This document shows, piece after piece, positions 19,661-34,211 of a stretch of DNA of 64,000 nt. The notes under the pieces are model-generated. The model saw only the letters and a program-made list of their open reading frames with translations, was not told where the DNA came from and did no database searches. The translations under genes were made by a program, and so were the position numbers. Source of the stretch: Candidatus Altiarchaeota archaeon (GTDB taxonomy: Archaea; Altiarchaeota; Altiarchaeia; IMC4; QMZM01); NCBI GenBank assembly GCA_038891095.1, contig JAWAEV010000001.1, positions 36,458 through 100,457 of the forward strand. The letters run 5' to 3'. Within the stretch, counting starts at the first letter, position 1. Every line of letters begins with the position of its first letter.

Positions 19661-20848
19661 TTATCTGTTAAATATCCTTTGCAAGAGCACAGTCGCATAA
19701 CTCCCTTTTTTTAATATGAATGACAGAGTAACTTTAAACCTTCTTTTTTTCCATCTATCATTTATCTCATCAACTTGCGCTTCTGAAATTTCAAAATTTT
19801 CTGGCATTGCAACAATTTCTCTGTCATAGAGTTTGAAAAAATTCCCTGTCTCTTTTTGGATATCAAAATCCTTAATGCGTATACCTTCGGAGGATAGCAC
19901 CTCTTCTACAATTTCTTTTTCAAAATCTGTAAGCTTTACATTATGGCTTAACATCTTGAAAGTTCTTGGGATTTTCCTTATCTCATTAGGAGTTAAATTT
20001 CTATAGAAAATCAACTCACCTAGGCTATATTTTGAAGTGTAAAGTTTTCTATTATCTATACATCTCTTCAGAATTAATTTTACGCATTCATTCCATAGAT
20101 AGCTTTGATATGCAGAAACAAAAATCTCTCTTAAATTTTTAGGTATCTTTTTATATGCTAAAAGCCAACTCTCTGTCTTTCTATATTCCTCCAAAATTTC
20201 TGAAAAAAGTTTGTTCTCTGTTTTCAGAGTTTTTATTTCATTCCATTTCTTTGCTATTTTCCGCTTCTCTTCCTTTCTCTTCCTATTTTCGTGTTTTGTA
20301 TAACTTGTGAGGAAAATTTTAACTGCCTCCTCATAATTTTTTTTCATTATAAATTTCGCAATAAATTTACCGTGGATAACACTCCCAAATCTCTGAGAGC
20401 CAAAATAATTCACAAAACCACATTTTTTAACATCATTAGCATTTTCCTCTATAGCTTTCAATTCTTCATTCTTTATGTCTCTAACTGTAATCATAAATTT
20501 ATTTCCTTTCAAAAGACCTATTTTTATTGGTTTTTCTACATATCCTAAAAATGTTAATTTTAGATTTCTTTCATCTAAATTTTTCAGTTCATATTTTGAA
20601 GGTATTGTTAAGTATTGCTTTGTTATTGCGTGTCTATCCTTCAAACCAGCAATTTTAAATTCAGAAAGAGGAATTTTATTATTTCTTGAAAGATATTTCA
20701 AAACAAAAAAAGTTTCTAAGCCTCTTTTCTCAAGAAGGTAAATTTTATATTTCGCTTTAGTAGAGCTATTTTCAAGAATTTCAAATTTATTTATCTCCTC
20801 AACTTGAAAGTCATCAACTCTTTGCCTAAGTTTCACTTTTGTCCTCAA
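19661..20848 (-). CDS. truD: tRNA pseudouridine(13) synthase
   Basis: DFQVEE, AGLKDRHAITKQ, GNKF, NYFGSQRFG, GSYAT. Confidence 0.93.
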   Translation of the reverse strand: MRTKVKLRQRVDDFQVEEINKFEILENSSTKAKYKIYLLEKRGLETFFVLKYLSRNNKIPLSEFKIAGLKDRHAITKQYLTIPSKYELKNLDERNLKLTFLGYVEKPIKIGLLKGNKFMITVRDIKNEELKAIEENANDVKKCGFVNYFGSQRFGSVIHGKFIAKFIMKKNYEEAVKIFLTSYTKHENRKRKEEKRKIAKKWNEIKTLKTENKLFSEILEEYRKTESWLLAYKKIPKNLREIFVSAYQSYLWNECVKLILKRCIDNRKLYTSKYSLGELIFYRNLTPNEIRKIPRTFKMLSHNVKLTDFEKEIVEEVLSSEGIRIKDFDIQKETGNFFKLYDREIVAMPENFEISEAQVDEINDRWKKRRFKVTLSFILKKGSYATVLLQRIFNR

Positions 20849-21971
20849 TTAAAACTCGCTCATACAAATTAATTAATTTCCCAACAACTTTGTCTTTTGT
20901 GAAATTTTCTTCAACTCTAATTCGAGCTTTTTTTCCAAGTTCATTAGCAAAAGTTTTATTTGAAAGTATAGAGATTATTGCTTCGCTTAACTGCTTAGAA
21001 TTCTTTGGTTCAACTAAAATTCCTGCGTCTCCTAAAACAAAAGGCATTCCAGAAATTTTTGTTGAAATACAAGCAACTCCTGAACTCATTGCCTCAAGTA
21101 ATGCAATCCCAAATGCTTCCTGTCTTGTGATAGATGGCAAAACAAAAACATCTGCAGATCTAAAAATCAATGGCAGCTCATCAGCATTTGCATTTATGAA
21201 AGTAATGTCATCTACACCTCTACTTTTTTCTTTTAATTTCTTTTCCAACGGTCCCGAACCAGAAATTACAAGTTTTGCATTTTTTATTTTTTTCTTCACT
21301 TCTTTAAATGCCTCTATGAGATAAGAGATTCCTTTGTATGGAACTAATCTGCCAACAAACAAGATTACTTTTTTGTTAGTTAAAGAATATTTTTCTTTTA
21401 CTTTTCTCAATTTTTCTAGATTTATTTCAGGAGAAAATTTTTTCTCATCAACAAAATTTGGAATTATCTCAATTTTATTAATAAATTTTCTTAGAATTTC
21501 TGATTCATTCACATAATTTGGTGAGGTCGCAATTATAACCTTTGAATGCTTTAAGAGAACTTCCTGAAAGAAACCATAGAAAAATTTTAGAATTTTGTAA
21601 TGCAGACCTTCTTTTATTATATCAGCGTGGTATGTCACAATTAATGGTTTTTTTCTTATGATAGAGGCAAAAAATGCAAAAAAAGAACTGAATGGATCAG
21701 GTAAATGCAGGTGTATTAGATCATAATCTTTCTTTAGTAGATTTATCAACATGCCTAAAGCAAATGGATCCCTAAAAACTGTAAACAAAATCCTACTGCG
21801 ATGAATTTCTACACCATGATAAATTTCATATTTAGCACTCTTTGGAAAATTTGATGAAAGCACAATAACTTTATGTTTCCTTTCAACAAGTCCTTCTGAA
21901 ATTCCCAATACATTGTTCTCAATGCCACCCGAATGAGGATAAAAATATTTGGTTATCTGTAAAATTTTCAT
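20826..21971 (-). CDS. glycosyltransferase family 4
   Basis: GGIE, GRLVPYKG, EAFGIALLEAM. Confidence 0.9.
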   Translation of the reverse strand: MKILQITKYFYPHSGGIENNVLGISEGLVERKHKVIVLSSNFPKSAKYEIYHGVEIHRSRILFTVFRDPFALGMLINLLKKDYDLIHLHLPDPFSSFFAFFASIIRKKPLIVTYHADIIKEGLHYKILKFFYGFFQEVLLKHSKVIIATSPNYVNESEILRKFINKIEIIPNFVDEKKFSPEINLEKLRKVKEKYSLTNKKVILFVGRLVPYKGISYLIEAFKEVKKKIKNAKLVISGSGPLEKKLKEKSRGVDDITFINANADELPLIFRSADVFVLPSITRQEAFGIALLEAMSSGVACISTKISGMPFVLGDAGILVEPKNSKQLSEAIISILSNKTFANELGKKARIRVEENFTKDKVVGKLINLYERVLIEDKSET

Positions 21972-22022
21972 TTGATATTAAAAATTTATACTTCAAATCA
22001 ATATATTTACTTCAACATTAAA

Positions 22023-22754
22023 ATGAATCTTGAAAAAATGAGGGAAAATCTTATAGGGTTCTTAAGAGAAATTTCCGAGGTTATCTTAACTCTGTTAATA
22101 ATAATTTTAGTTTCAAGATTAGTTTTTGGAGCAAATATGTTAGTACCTTTAGTTGCAGTAAGTTCTAAAAGTATGTTACATCAAAGCGATTCATGGAAAA
22201 GTTGGTTGATTTCACAAGGTTTTTCAGAAAAAGAAATAGAAAAATTTCCAATGCAGAATGGATTTGATAAAGGGGATATGATCTTAGTTATCACACCAAA
22301 TGGAAAAGGAAAAATTTTTAATTTTGAATTTCCAACATTGTTTCCAGAAACAAAGTTAGGGGATGTTATAATTTATGAGCGAGATCTTGCCCATTTTGGT
22401 GGTGAGCCGATAATTCATAGAGTTGTTGGCATAGCACATATAAAAAATTGGAATTTAGAACGCATTGATGGCACTCTCAGCTGCATAAGTGCTGAAGAAA
22501 TAGAGAAGAAATTTATACCTATGGTTGTAGATTGCATAAATAGAAAGCAAAATTGCCCATATAAGAGCTATCCAAAAAAAGGGGATTTCAACTTTTACAT
22601 AACAAAAGGAGATAATAATGCTGCAGTTGACCAATGCGGAACAATTGCCTACCCAGTAAATGACGAACAACTTCTCGCAAGAGGATGGATACGGCTTCCT
22701 TACATTGGTTGGTTAAAACTTCTCTTGAATGAAATTATAAATTTGTTCTTATAA
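22023..22754 (+). CDS. signal peptidase I (archaeal S26B type)
   Basis: VSSKSM, GDMI, IIHRV, TKGDNN, PYIGW. Confidence 0.85.
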   Translation: MNLEKMRENLIGFLREISEVILTLLIIILVSRLVFGANMLVPLVAVSSKSMLHQSDSWKSWLISQGFSEKEIEKFPMQNGFDKGDMILVITPNGKGKIFNFEFPTLFPETKLGDVIIYERDLAHFGGEPIIHRVVGIAHIKNWNLERIDGTLSCISAEEIEKKFIPMVVDCINRKQNCPYKSYPKKGDFNFYITKGDNNAAVDQCGTIAYPVNDEQLLARGWIRLPYIGWLKLLLNEIINLFL

Positions 22755-22780
22755 TTCCGTGTTGTGTTTATGTGCAAGGG

Positions 22781-22999
22781 TTATGGTAAAATTTTTATCT
22801 TCATTGTATTGCCCTGCTTTAGGACTTGGATTTTACCCTCTCTAGCAAGCCAGCCAACTGCCATTTCAAAAAGTTCCTTCTTACTGACTTTCTTTTTCGC
22901 ATCAGAAAGTTTCACTTCCCCCTTATTAACAAAATTCACATAGACTTCACCAGCAGTTTTTCCTATCTCAGCCCATAAATCAGTTATGTTTGCATTCAT
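22781..22999 (-). CDS. winged-helix protein (DUF2582-like)
   Basis: IGKTAGEVY...MAVGWLAREGKI. Confidence 0.8.
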   Translation of the reverse strand: MNANITDLWAEIGKTAGEVYVNFVNKGEVKLSDAKKKVSKKELFEMAVGWLAREGKIQVLKQGNTMKIKILP

Positions 23000-23054
23000 T
23001 TTTAGATTTTAATTTTTTTAAGGTTATCATTTTATTTTTATAGAAGTATATTAT

Positions 23055-23687
23055 ATGATGCATTTATATAAATTATATAACAAATATTTTTTGTGGTATA
23101 TGATGGATATTACATTTGTTTTGTTATCATATATCCTTGGACCAATCGCATCTGTTCCTTATGCAATTAAATTTTTGAATTTAAGTCCTGTTGAAATTTT
23201 TCTTTACTTATCTTTTTTGTATCTTGCTGCTCTTCCTTTAATTTTTAAAATATTTGAATTTTTCAGACACAAAGAAATTTATGAGGAAAGTATAATAAGA
23301 AAAATTTGTAGAGTATGTGATATAAAAGCAAAGGAGGAGATTGAAAAAGTTAGAAAAACAGGTAATGTGTTGATAGAAAATTTTGAAAATAAGTTGGGAC
23401 ATTTAGGTTTTTATGTTGCAATTTCAATATTCACATTTTTATTTGGAATTTTTCTTGCCTCAATTCTTGCTTATTTTTTGAAGATTAGAAAAGATAGGGC
23501 AATGTTATGCATTTCAATAGGGGCACTCATAGGAAATTTTTTTTGGGTTTTGGTTATAACATACTCATTACCAAGGCTTCAATCTGAATTTACGCTTATT
23601 CTCTTTATTCTTGCATTTCTGTTATATGGAAAAAGAAGGGAAATTGAAATTTTAAGAAAAGTTTCAGGAAAATTATTACATTCATAG
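23055..23687 (+). CDS. membrane protein (small multi-drug export-like)
   Basis: Multiple TM segments; family call tentative. Confidence 0.5.
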   Translation: MMHLYKLYNKYFLWYMMDITFVLLSYILGPIASVPYAIKFLNLSPVEIFLYLSFLYLAALPLIFKIFEFFRHKEIYEESIIRKICRVCDIKAKEEIEKVRKTGNVLIENFENKLGHLGFYVAISIFTFLFGIFLASILAYFLKIRKDRAMLCISIGALIGNFFWVLVITYSLPRLQSEFTLILFILAFLLYGKRREIEILRKVSGKLLHS

Positions 23688-23749
23688 ATTTTTCATAACA
23701 TTTCAGAACTTTTAGCCTTTTTTAGTTTTTTATTTTATATAAATATATA

Positions 23750-25069
23750 ATGGCTCAAAACTCAAAGTCAAAGTCGCAGGGAGCAACTGAGTATCTTCTG
23801 AATTATGGTTGGGCTATTATATTAATTGCTGCGATTGGTGTATCTATGTATTACCTTGGAATTTTCAACTTAAGTTCTCAATCAACTCTAGTAAAAGCAT
23901 CTGGATTTTCAAAGATAAAACCATTAGAACCAAGTATAATTTTAACCCCTTCATGTGAATTTACTGGAATTTTCGTTAATGGTGCCGGAAGCGTTGTAAA
24001 TATTTCAAAAATAGAAATTTATAATGTTGTTGATAAGAAAAATTGTGATACTTCGAAAGGAACAGGACTTTTTGATCCAGGCGATGCTATTGAAGTAAAA
24101 GCAGAAAATTGTTGCTCTCAAGACCATAAACCAGAGGAGCAATATAATCTCAAGATAAATATTAGCTACACAAGCCAAATTGCTGGAGTTAGATTTGATA
24201 CTTTAGACCAAGGTGTTATCTATGGGGCTTATTCTAAAGGATATAAACTTCCTAAATGTGAAGAACAAGGCGGTTTTTGTTGTGCACCACCGTTTAACAC
24301 TTGTAAACCAGGAAAAATGCTAAGTGCTTCAGATTGCTCACCTTGCTGTCAAGGTCCTGGAAATTCAAATTGTGATAAACTAACTACTACGACTACAAGC
24401 ACAACAACTACTTCTGTTACTACAACTACAACAACATCAACTACTACATCAACAATTACAACAACAAAAATGAGTACGACAACAACGACTTCCAGCACTA
24501 CTACAACTACGACTAGTACGACGACAACAACTATACCTTGTTACACTTATGATAGTTGTAATGATTGTGTAAGTCATAGTTGTGTGTGGAACATTAGAAT
24601 TGTGCATGTGCCACCACCAGAGGGTCCTGAAATAATTGAATGGTGTGCAGAATCTTGTTTGGGATTAGCAACATGGTGCGCTCCTCCAAACTCTTGCGGT
24701 GGTTTTATAACAACGACTACAACAACCACAACAAGCACTACTACAGTCACTACAACTACAACCACAAAGACCACTACCACAACGACAAGCACGACATCGA
24801 CAACAACAACTGTAAAGACATTATGTTGGAGTAGTAGCTACTTATACAGAACAGCTGCTAATATGTACAAATTCTGTAAGTGCACAACAAATACATATGG
24901 ATACTCAGGCTATACCAATGCAGGGTATACCTCAGGAAGAAGATATTTAGATACAGGAAATAATCTAAATTGGGGCACTACATCAATCACTAGTTATATG
25001 GTCTCTCAAGTTAGATGCCCAAACGGAGCGTGGTATACTACATCCCAAAATTACTATTACCCACCATAA
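23750..25069 (+). CDS. class III signal peptide pilin-like adhesin with Cys-rich domains and Thr-rich linkers
   Basis: KS/QGATEYLLNYGWAIILI type IV prepilin-like N-terminus; poly-Thr tracts. Confidence 0.8.
   Translation: MAQNSKSKSQGATEYLLNYGWAIILIAAIGVSMYYLGIFNLSSQSTLVKASGFSKIKPLEPSIILTPSCEFTGIFVNGAGSVVNISKIEIYNVVDKKNCDTSKGTGLFDPGDAIEVKAENCCSQDHKPEEQYNLKINISYTSQIAGVRFDTLDQGVIYGAYSKGYKLPKCEEQGGFCCAPPFNTCKPGKMLSASDCSPCCQGPGNSNCDKLTTTTTSTTTTSVTTTTTTSTTTSTITTTKMSTTTTTSSTTTTTTSTTTTTIPCYTYDSCNDCVSHSCVWNIRIVHVPPPEGPEIIEWCAESCLGLATWCAPPNSCGGFITTTTTTTTSTTTVTTTTTTKTTTTTTSTTSTTTTVKTLCWSSSYLYRTAANMYKFCKCTTNTYGYSGYTNAGYTSGRRYLDTGNNLNWGTTSITSYMVSQVRCPNGAWYTTSQNYYYPP
24383..24812 (+). repeat. two ACN-codon (poly-Thr/Ser) low-complexity tracts
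   Basis: ACA/ACT/ACG runs at about 24383-24532 and 24709-24811. Confidence 0.85.
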
Positions 25070-25171
25070 GAATTACCTGTGAGTATAAAAAAACAGTAAA
25101 CTCAAAAATTGAAATCTTCAAGTGAGATATGAGATTTCTCCCTTAAATTCTAAATTTTAATTATTATTAGA

Positions 25172-27418
25172 ATGCAACTTTTGCACTTATCTTTAGAAAA
25201 TTGGGCATGTCATGATTCCTTATCAATAGACCTTTCAAAAGGTTTGCAAATAGAAGGCAGAAATGGTACAGGTAAGAGTAGCATCCTTGAAGCAATAAAA
25301 TTTATCTTCACTGAACAGTCCCGCGGCTATAGAAATAAAATAAAAAATGGTAAAGACTTTGCAAAAGTTAGATTGATGCTAAAAAAAGAGTCTGATACTT
25401 TCCTCATTGAAAAAATTTTGCCAAGAAACAAAACTGTAAAAGCAAAAATTTTCAAGAATACTCTGCTTATAGCTGATAGTTTAACAGCAGTGCATTCTCA
25501 GCTAAAAGAGATTTTAGATGAAGAAATTTTGGAGAAGTTGCTTTACATCCCGCAAGGAAGATTAACCGAAATCTTAGATGCGCTAAAAATTAAAGGTGGT
25601 AGACAAGAGTTGGATTCTCTACTTGGCTTAGATAAATTTGAGAAAATTTATAATTCTGCAGGAGAGGAAATTTTAAAGAAAAGGGAAAAACTCTTGCTCT
25701 TGAAAGATGAATTAAAAAAATTTCCAGAGGATGATAATTTCTTTAAAAATGAGATAGAGAAAATTCAGAGGAATATAGAAAAGAGCTTAGTAGAGAGTGA
25801 AAAGCTTGAAGCTGAAATTTTTTCTATCAGAGAAAAATTAGAGAAGGTGAAAGAAAAAATTTCTGAAATTGAAAAGATAAAAAAAGCAAGAGAGATAACT
25901 GAGAGAGAGTTGAATGAGTTAAATTTAAAGATAGTTAAAATTGGGGATGAAATAAACTCAAATGTTAAATTATTAGAAACATTAAATGAAAAAAAAGTTG
26001 AATTTTCTGCTCTTACCAAGGAAATTGAGAAACTTAAGAACTATCCAAAAATTAGGGAGCTCCTCTTGGAAAAGAAAAATTTAGAAGAGAGAATTAAAGA
26101 ACTTTTAGTTGCAGAGGATAAAGAAAGAATTAAATTGCTTGAAACTGAACTCAAAAATTTCCATGAATTACAGATAGTGTGCAATAAAAAAGAGAAAGAA
26201 CTCATTGAATTAGAGAAGGAATTTGCAATTCAGAAAGAAAAAATTTTGGAGAAGATGAATTTTCTTAAAGATTTAGAAGAATTGAAAAAACAACAGAGAT
26301 GCCCAAGATGTGGACAAATCTTGACTATAGAGCATATAGAAAGAGAAAAGGAAGAAACATACAAAGAGATAGATGAAATAAAAGAGAAGGGCGTTGAACT
26401 TGAAAGAAGGCTAAATATTGAAAGGGAAATTTTTGAAAAGCAAAAGAAAGAGGTTGAAATTTTAAAAAGAAAAGAAGTTGAGCTAATAACTCTCAAAAGT
26501 CAAATTGATAAGAAAAACATAGAAAGGCGAAATTCAGAAAAAAAGATATGTGATATTGAAAAGGAACTTTTTGATATTGGTTATAAAAATGAATCTCTTA
26601 ATGAAGTAGAAAAGCAAGTTAACAATCTTAACAATTTTCAAGGCAGGATAAATGAATTGCAAAAAGATGTTAAAAAAATTTCTGAAATTGAAGAAAAGCT
26701 CCCTAAGTTAAAAGAAGAGCTTTCAACAGCAGAAAGAGAAAAATTTTCAATTGAGAAAAGAGCAAAAGAGCTCGTATATGATGAAAATCTCTTTGAGAAT
26801 CTGAAAAAAGAAAAAGAAACCTTAAATGAGAATTTTTATAAACTACAAGTAGAACTTAAGAGCCAAAATTTTAGAGTTAACGAAATGAAAACACAATTGA
26901 AAAAAATTGAAGACGAAAGAAAAAATTTCTTAGATTTGAAAGAGGAAGTTAGAAATTTAGAGAGGGAACTAAATCTTCTTGAAAAAGCAAGAGACCTTTT
27001 CCATACAGACAAAGGAATCCCAAAATATTTAAGAGAAAAATACATAGCAAAATTGAATTTTCTCCTTACGAGTTACTTTCATAAGATAAATCAAAATCCA
27101 AATTACAAAGAAGTTTATTTTAACAAAGAGTATGAACTTGAATTAAAAGCAAATGATGGATCTCTTAGCATTGAGCAAATTTCTGGTGGTGAAAAAACAC
27201 AACTTGCAATTGCTTTCAGGCTCTCTCTAATAGATTTGCTCTCTCCAATAAGACTTTTAATTTTAGATGAACCTTTTGGAAGTCTTGACCAGGAGCATAG
27301 AGAAATGTTAGGAGGAGTACTCAATAAAATTGCAGAGGAAGGCCAAGTAATTTTGGTTACACATATACCTGTAGAAACATTAAATTTGTATGAGAAGTTG
27401 AATTTGGGCGAGTACTAA
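25172..27418 (+). CDS. Rad50/SbcC-like ATPase
   Basis: Walker A GRNGTGKS, Q-loop IPQG, zinc hook CPRCG, signature ISGGE, Walker B LILDEP, TH. Confidence 0.88.
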   Translation: MQLLHLSLENWACHDSLSIDLSKGLQIEGRNGTGKSSILEAIKFIFTEQSRGYRNKIKNGKDFAKVRLMLKKESDTFLIEKILPRNKTVKAKIFKNTLLIADSLTAVHSQLKEILDEEILEKLLYIPQGRLTEILDALKIKGGRQELDSLLGLDKFEKIYNSAGEEILKKREKLLLLKDELKKFPEDDNFFKNEIEKIQRNIEKSLVESEKLEAEIFSIREKLEKVKEKISEIEKIKKAREITERELNELNLKIVKIGDEINSNVKLLETLNEKKVEFSALTKEIEKLKNYPKIRELLLEKKNLEERIKELLVAEDKERIKLLETELKNFHELQIVCNKKEKELIELEKEFAIQKEKILEKMNFLKDLEELKKQQRCPRCGQILTIEHIEREKEETYKEIDEIKEKGVELERRLNIEREIFEKQKKEVEILKRKEVELITLKSQIDKKNIERRNSEKKICDIEKELFDIGYKNESLNEVEKQVNNLNNFQGRINELQKDVKKISEIEEKLPKLKEELSTAEREKFSIEKRAKELVYDENLFENLKKEKETLNENFYKLQVELKSQNFRVNEMKTQLKKIEDERKNFLDLKEEVRNLERELNLLEKARDLFHTDKGIPKYLREKYIAKLNFLLTSYFHKINQNPNYKEVYFNKEYELELKANDGSLSIEQISGGEKTQLAIAFRLSLIDLLSPIRLLILDEPFGSLDQEHREMLGGVLNKIAEEGQVILVTHIPVETLNLYEKLNLGEY

Positions 27419-27687
27419 AATTAATTATGGAAAACGAATATGTTTTTAGGATATCCTGTTTGCCTTTTATTTCTATTTGACAGAATAAGTTGAATAGCAA
27501 GATAGAAATTCACATAAAAGAAGTTACGATGAATGCAAATTTTGGAAGTTCTAAGGAAGTTATAAAAAATTTATTCTATGAAAGAATTGCTGAAATAACA
27601 TTTAGTTCAGTTATTAAAAATGTTAGTTCACAAAATTAAAGGAGGAGGTATTTTAATAATTTTTATAAATTTAAAATTTATAAGGTT

Positions 27688-27961
27688 GGCAGTGACCATA
27701 GTCCATCTTCTGTCAGCTTTTTAAGCCACGCTTAAGTTAGCTGTTTTGGCATTCGTCTAAGCGTTTTAAAAAACTTGCACCCAACGCAACATTTGTCTCA
27801 CAAGATTTTGCAATTTTCTCTCAGATAGGATACTTCATAGAAATTGCAAAATCATCTCATCTCTCGTATGTTGCTTTGCCTCTCGGCAATTAAAAATTTA
27901 TTGGGTGGATGGAGCTTCCTCATTCTCATTTAAGAGAACGGTAGCCAAATGAGTCACTACC
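27688..27961 (-). ncRNA. rnpB: RNase P RNA, type-M-like
   Basis: Minus strand: P1 GGTAGTGAC/GTCACTGCC, GAGGAAGCTCCATCCACC, GGGTGCAAG, CGCTTAGACGAATG, ACAGAAGATGGACTA. Confidence 0.9.
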
Positions 27962-28000
27962 TCCGAATATTTCTTTGACATAGATAGTTTATCGCTAGGA

Positions 28001-30913
<2,913 letters not shown>

Positions 30914-31087
30914 TCTCTCTGGCGAACTATCTATGCACGGTATCATGATATCAACCCTTCACCCAAAACACTTTGGTTTTGAGTTGCATCTAAATTTTTA
31001 TTAATAAATTTTTATAATGAAATTAAGTAAGTATATTAAAATTTTATTTATTTTAACCATATCAATTAAATCCCGACGAGCAGAGAT

Positions 31088-31161
31088 TGGACCCGTCGGG
31101 ATTTGAACCCGAGGCCTTCCGCTTGCAAAGCGGACGATCTACCAGACTGATCTACGGGCCC
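31088..31161 (-). tRNA. tRNA-Ala(UGC)
   Basis: GGGCCCG...TTGCAA...GGTTCAAATCC...CGGGTCCA cloverleaf in the 16S-23S spacer. Confidence 0.95.
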
Positions 31162-31290
31162 GTATAAGGCCTAAAGCCATCATGGCCCAAAATAGTAACA
31201 TAAAGCAAATTATTCTTTTTAATTGTTTTTTATTTTCTCTGTTCTCTAAGCTCTTAACTCTTAATCTATCTTTACTCTACTTTACTTAAT

Positions 31291-32891
<1,601 letters not shown>

Positions 32892-33023
32892 TATCAGACA
32901 TCCATACGAATGCCCTCCTTTCCATTCATCTTGATTCTTAATAAATTTTGATAATAAATTTAATTTATGTTTTTACGAAATTTATGTATGAAATTTTATG
33001 ATGATAAAAAATAAACTATTGAG

Positions 33024-33047
33024 TAGTATATATATGTGTCTTTCTCC
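33024..33047 (-). promoter_or_regulatory. putative rRNA operon promoter (BRE/TATA)
   Basis: Minus strand GGAGAAAGACACATATATATACTA upstream of the 16S leader. Confidence 0.45.
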
Positions 33048-33287
33048 TTTAAAAAATAAAAAAACAGCATTACTTAGATGGGATTGTATTTTGTTAGATG
33101 GGACATTTATAGAAATTTTCAGTTATATTAAATTATTGGAATTTTGAGAGCTAATTATCTTAGGTTAACAGCTAACATATTATTTCTTAGGATAGGAACA
33201 TGGAACTACAAAAAATTTCAATTGGCTAATAAAGCAATGCGCCTTTGAGAACATATATATTCACGAATACTATAAATTAAATAGAAA

Positions 33288-34199
33288 ATGCCAGAACTTA
33301 GAAAGGATTACTTTCTGGATAGATATGTTATTATTGCATCTGAAAGAAAAAAAAGGCCTGAAGAATTTTTAGAATTTAAAAAACAGGAATTCTCAAACTC
33401 CAAGGGAAAACTATGTTTTTTTTGTCCTGGAAATGAAAATACAACTCCACCAGAAATCAGCAGAATTGAAAAAAGTGGCTCGTGGATAGTAAGAAATTTC
33501 CCAAATAAATTCCCTGCTACAAGATGGCATGAAGTTGTTGTTGAAACTCCCGAGCATGATAAAGAGCTTACAGATCTTGATGTTAGCACAATAGTTAAAG
33601 TCTTTGAATTGGCTGCAAAAAGAGTTGAAGCAATCGAAAAAAATAAAGAGGTGAAATATGTTATAATTTTCAAAAATTTTGGCGAAGATGCTGGAGCTTC
33701 TCTTGAGCATTCACACATGCAAATTGCTGGAATGGATATAATTCCCCCAAGCATAAAAGAAGAAATTTTTTCTGTTAAGAGATACATGCAAAAGAAGGGG
33801 AGATGCCCATATTGTGATATCTTAAACAAAGAAAAAAATTCAGAAAGAAAAATTTTTGAAGATAAACATACATTGGCTTTCTCACCTTATGCTTCAAGAT
33901 TTCCATATGAAGTTTGGATAATGCCAAAAAGACATTTAAATAGCTTGAAAAAATTTAAAAAAGAGGAAATTCTATCATTTTGCGAAACCCTAAGAAAAAT
34001 TTTGCTTAGAATGAGAAAAATGCTTTCAAAGCCAGCATATAACTTTTATATTAATTTTGTAAAAAATGAAGATTTACATTTACATCTTGTGATTTTTCCA
34101 AGAATTACAAAATTTGCAGGTTTTGAATTTGGTTCTGATGTCATTATAAATATAATTTCACCAGAAGATTCAGCAAAGTCTTATAGAGATGAAATTTAG
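33288..34199 (+). CDS. galT: galactose-1-phosphate uridylyltransferase family
   Basis: ELRKD, CFFCPGNE, NKFPA, GASLEHSHMQ. Confidence 0.9.
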   Translation: MPELRKDYFLDRYVIIASERKKRPEEFLEFKKQEFSNSKGKLCFFCPGNENTTPPEISRIEKSGSWIVRNFPNKFPATRWHEVVVETPEHDKELTDLDVSTIVKVFELAAKRVEAIEKNKEVKYVIIFKNFGEDAGASLEHSHMQIAGMDIIPPSIKEEIFSVKRYMQKKGRCPYCDILNKEKNSERKIFEDKHTLAFSPYASRFPYEVWIMPKRHLNSLKKFKKEEILSFCETLRKILLRMRKMLSKPAYNFYINFVKNEDLHLHLVIFPRITKFAGFEFGSDVIINIISPEDSAKSYRDEI

Positions 34200-34211
34200 A
34201 TTTCGCAAAAA

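Noticed and set aside
24383-24812. Possible CRISPR or tandem DNA repeat; antisense poly-Val ORF 24574..24792
   Set aside because: Degenerate ACN codons encoding Thr linkers, with no repeat-spacer structure.
27419-27680. Possible 5S rRNA or small gene downstream of rnpB; GGAGGAGGT SD-like motif near 27641
   Set aside because: AT-rich, no 5S motifs, only short broken frames and no start codon after the motif.
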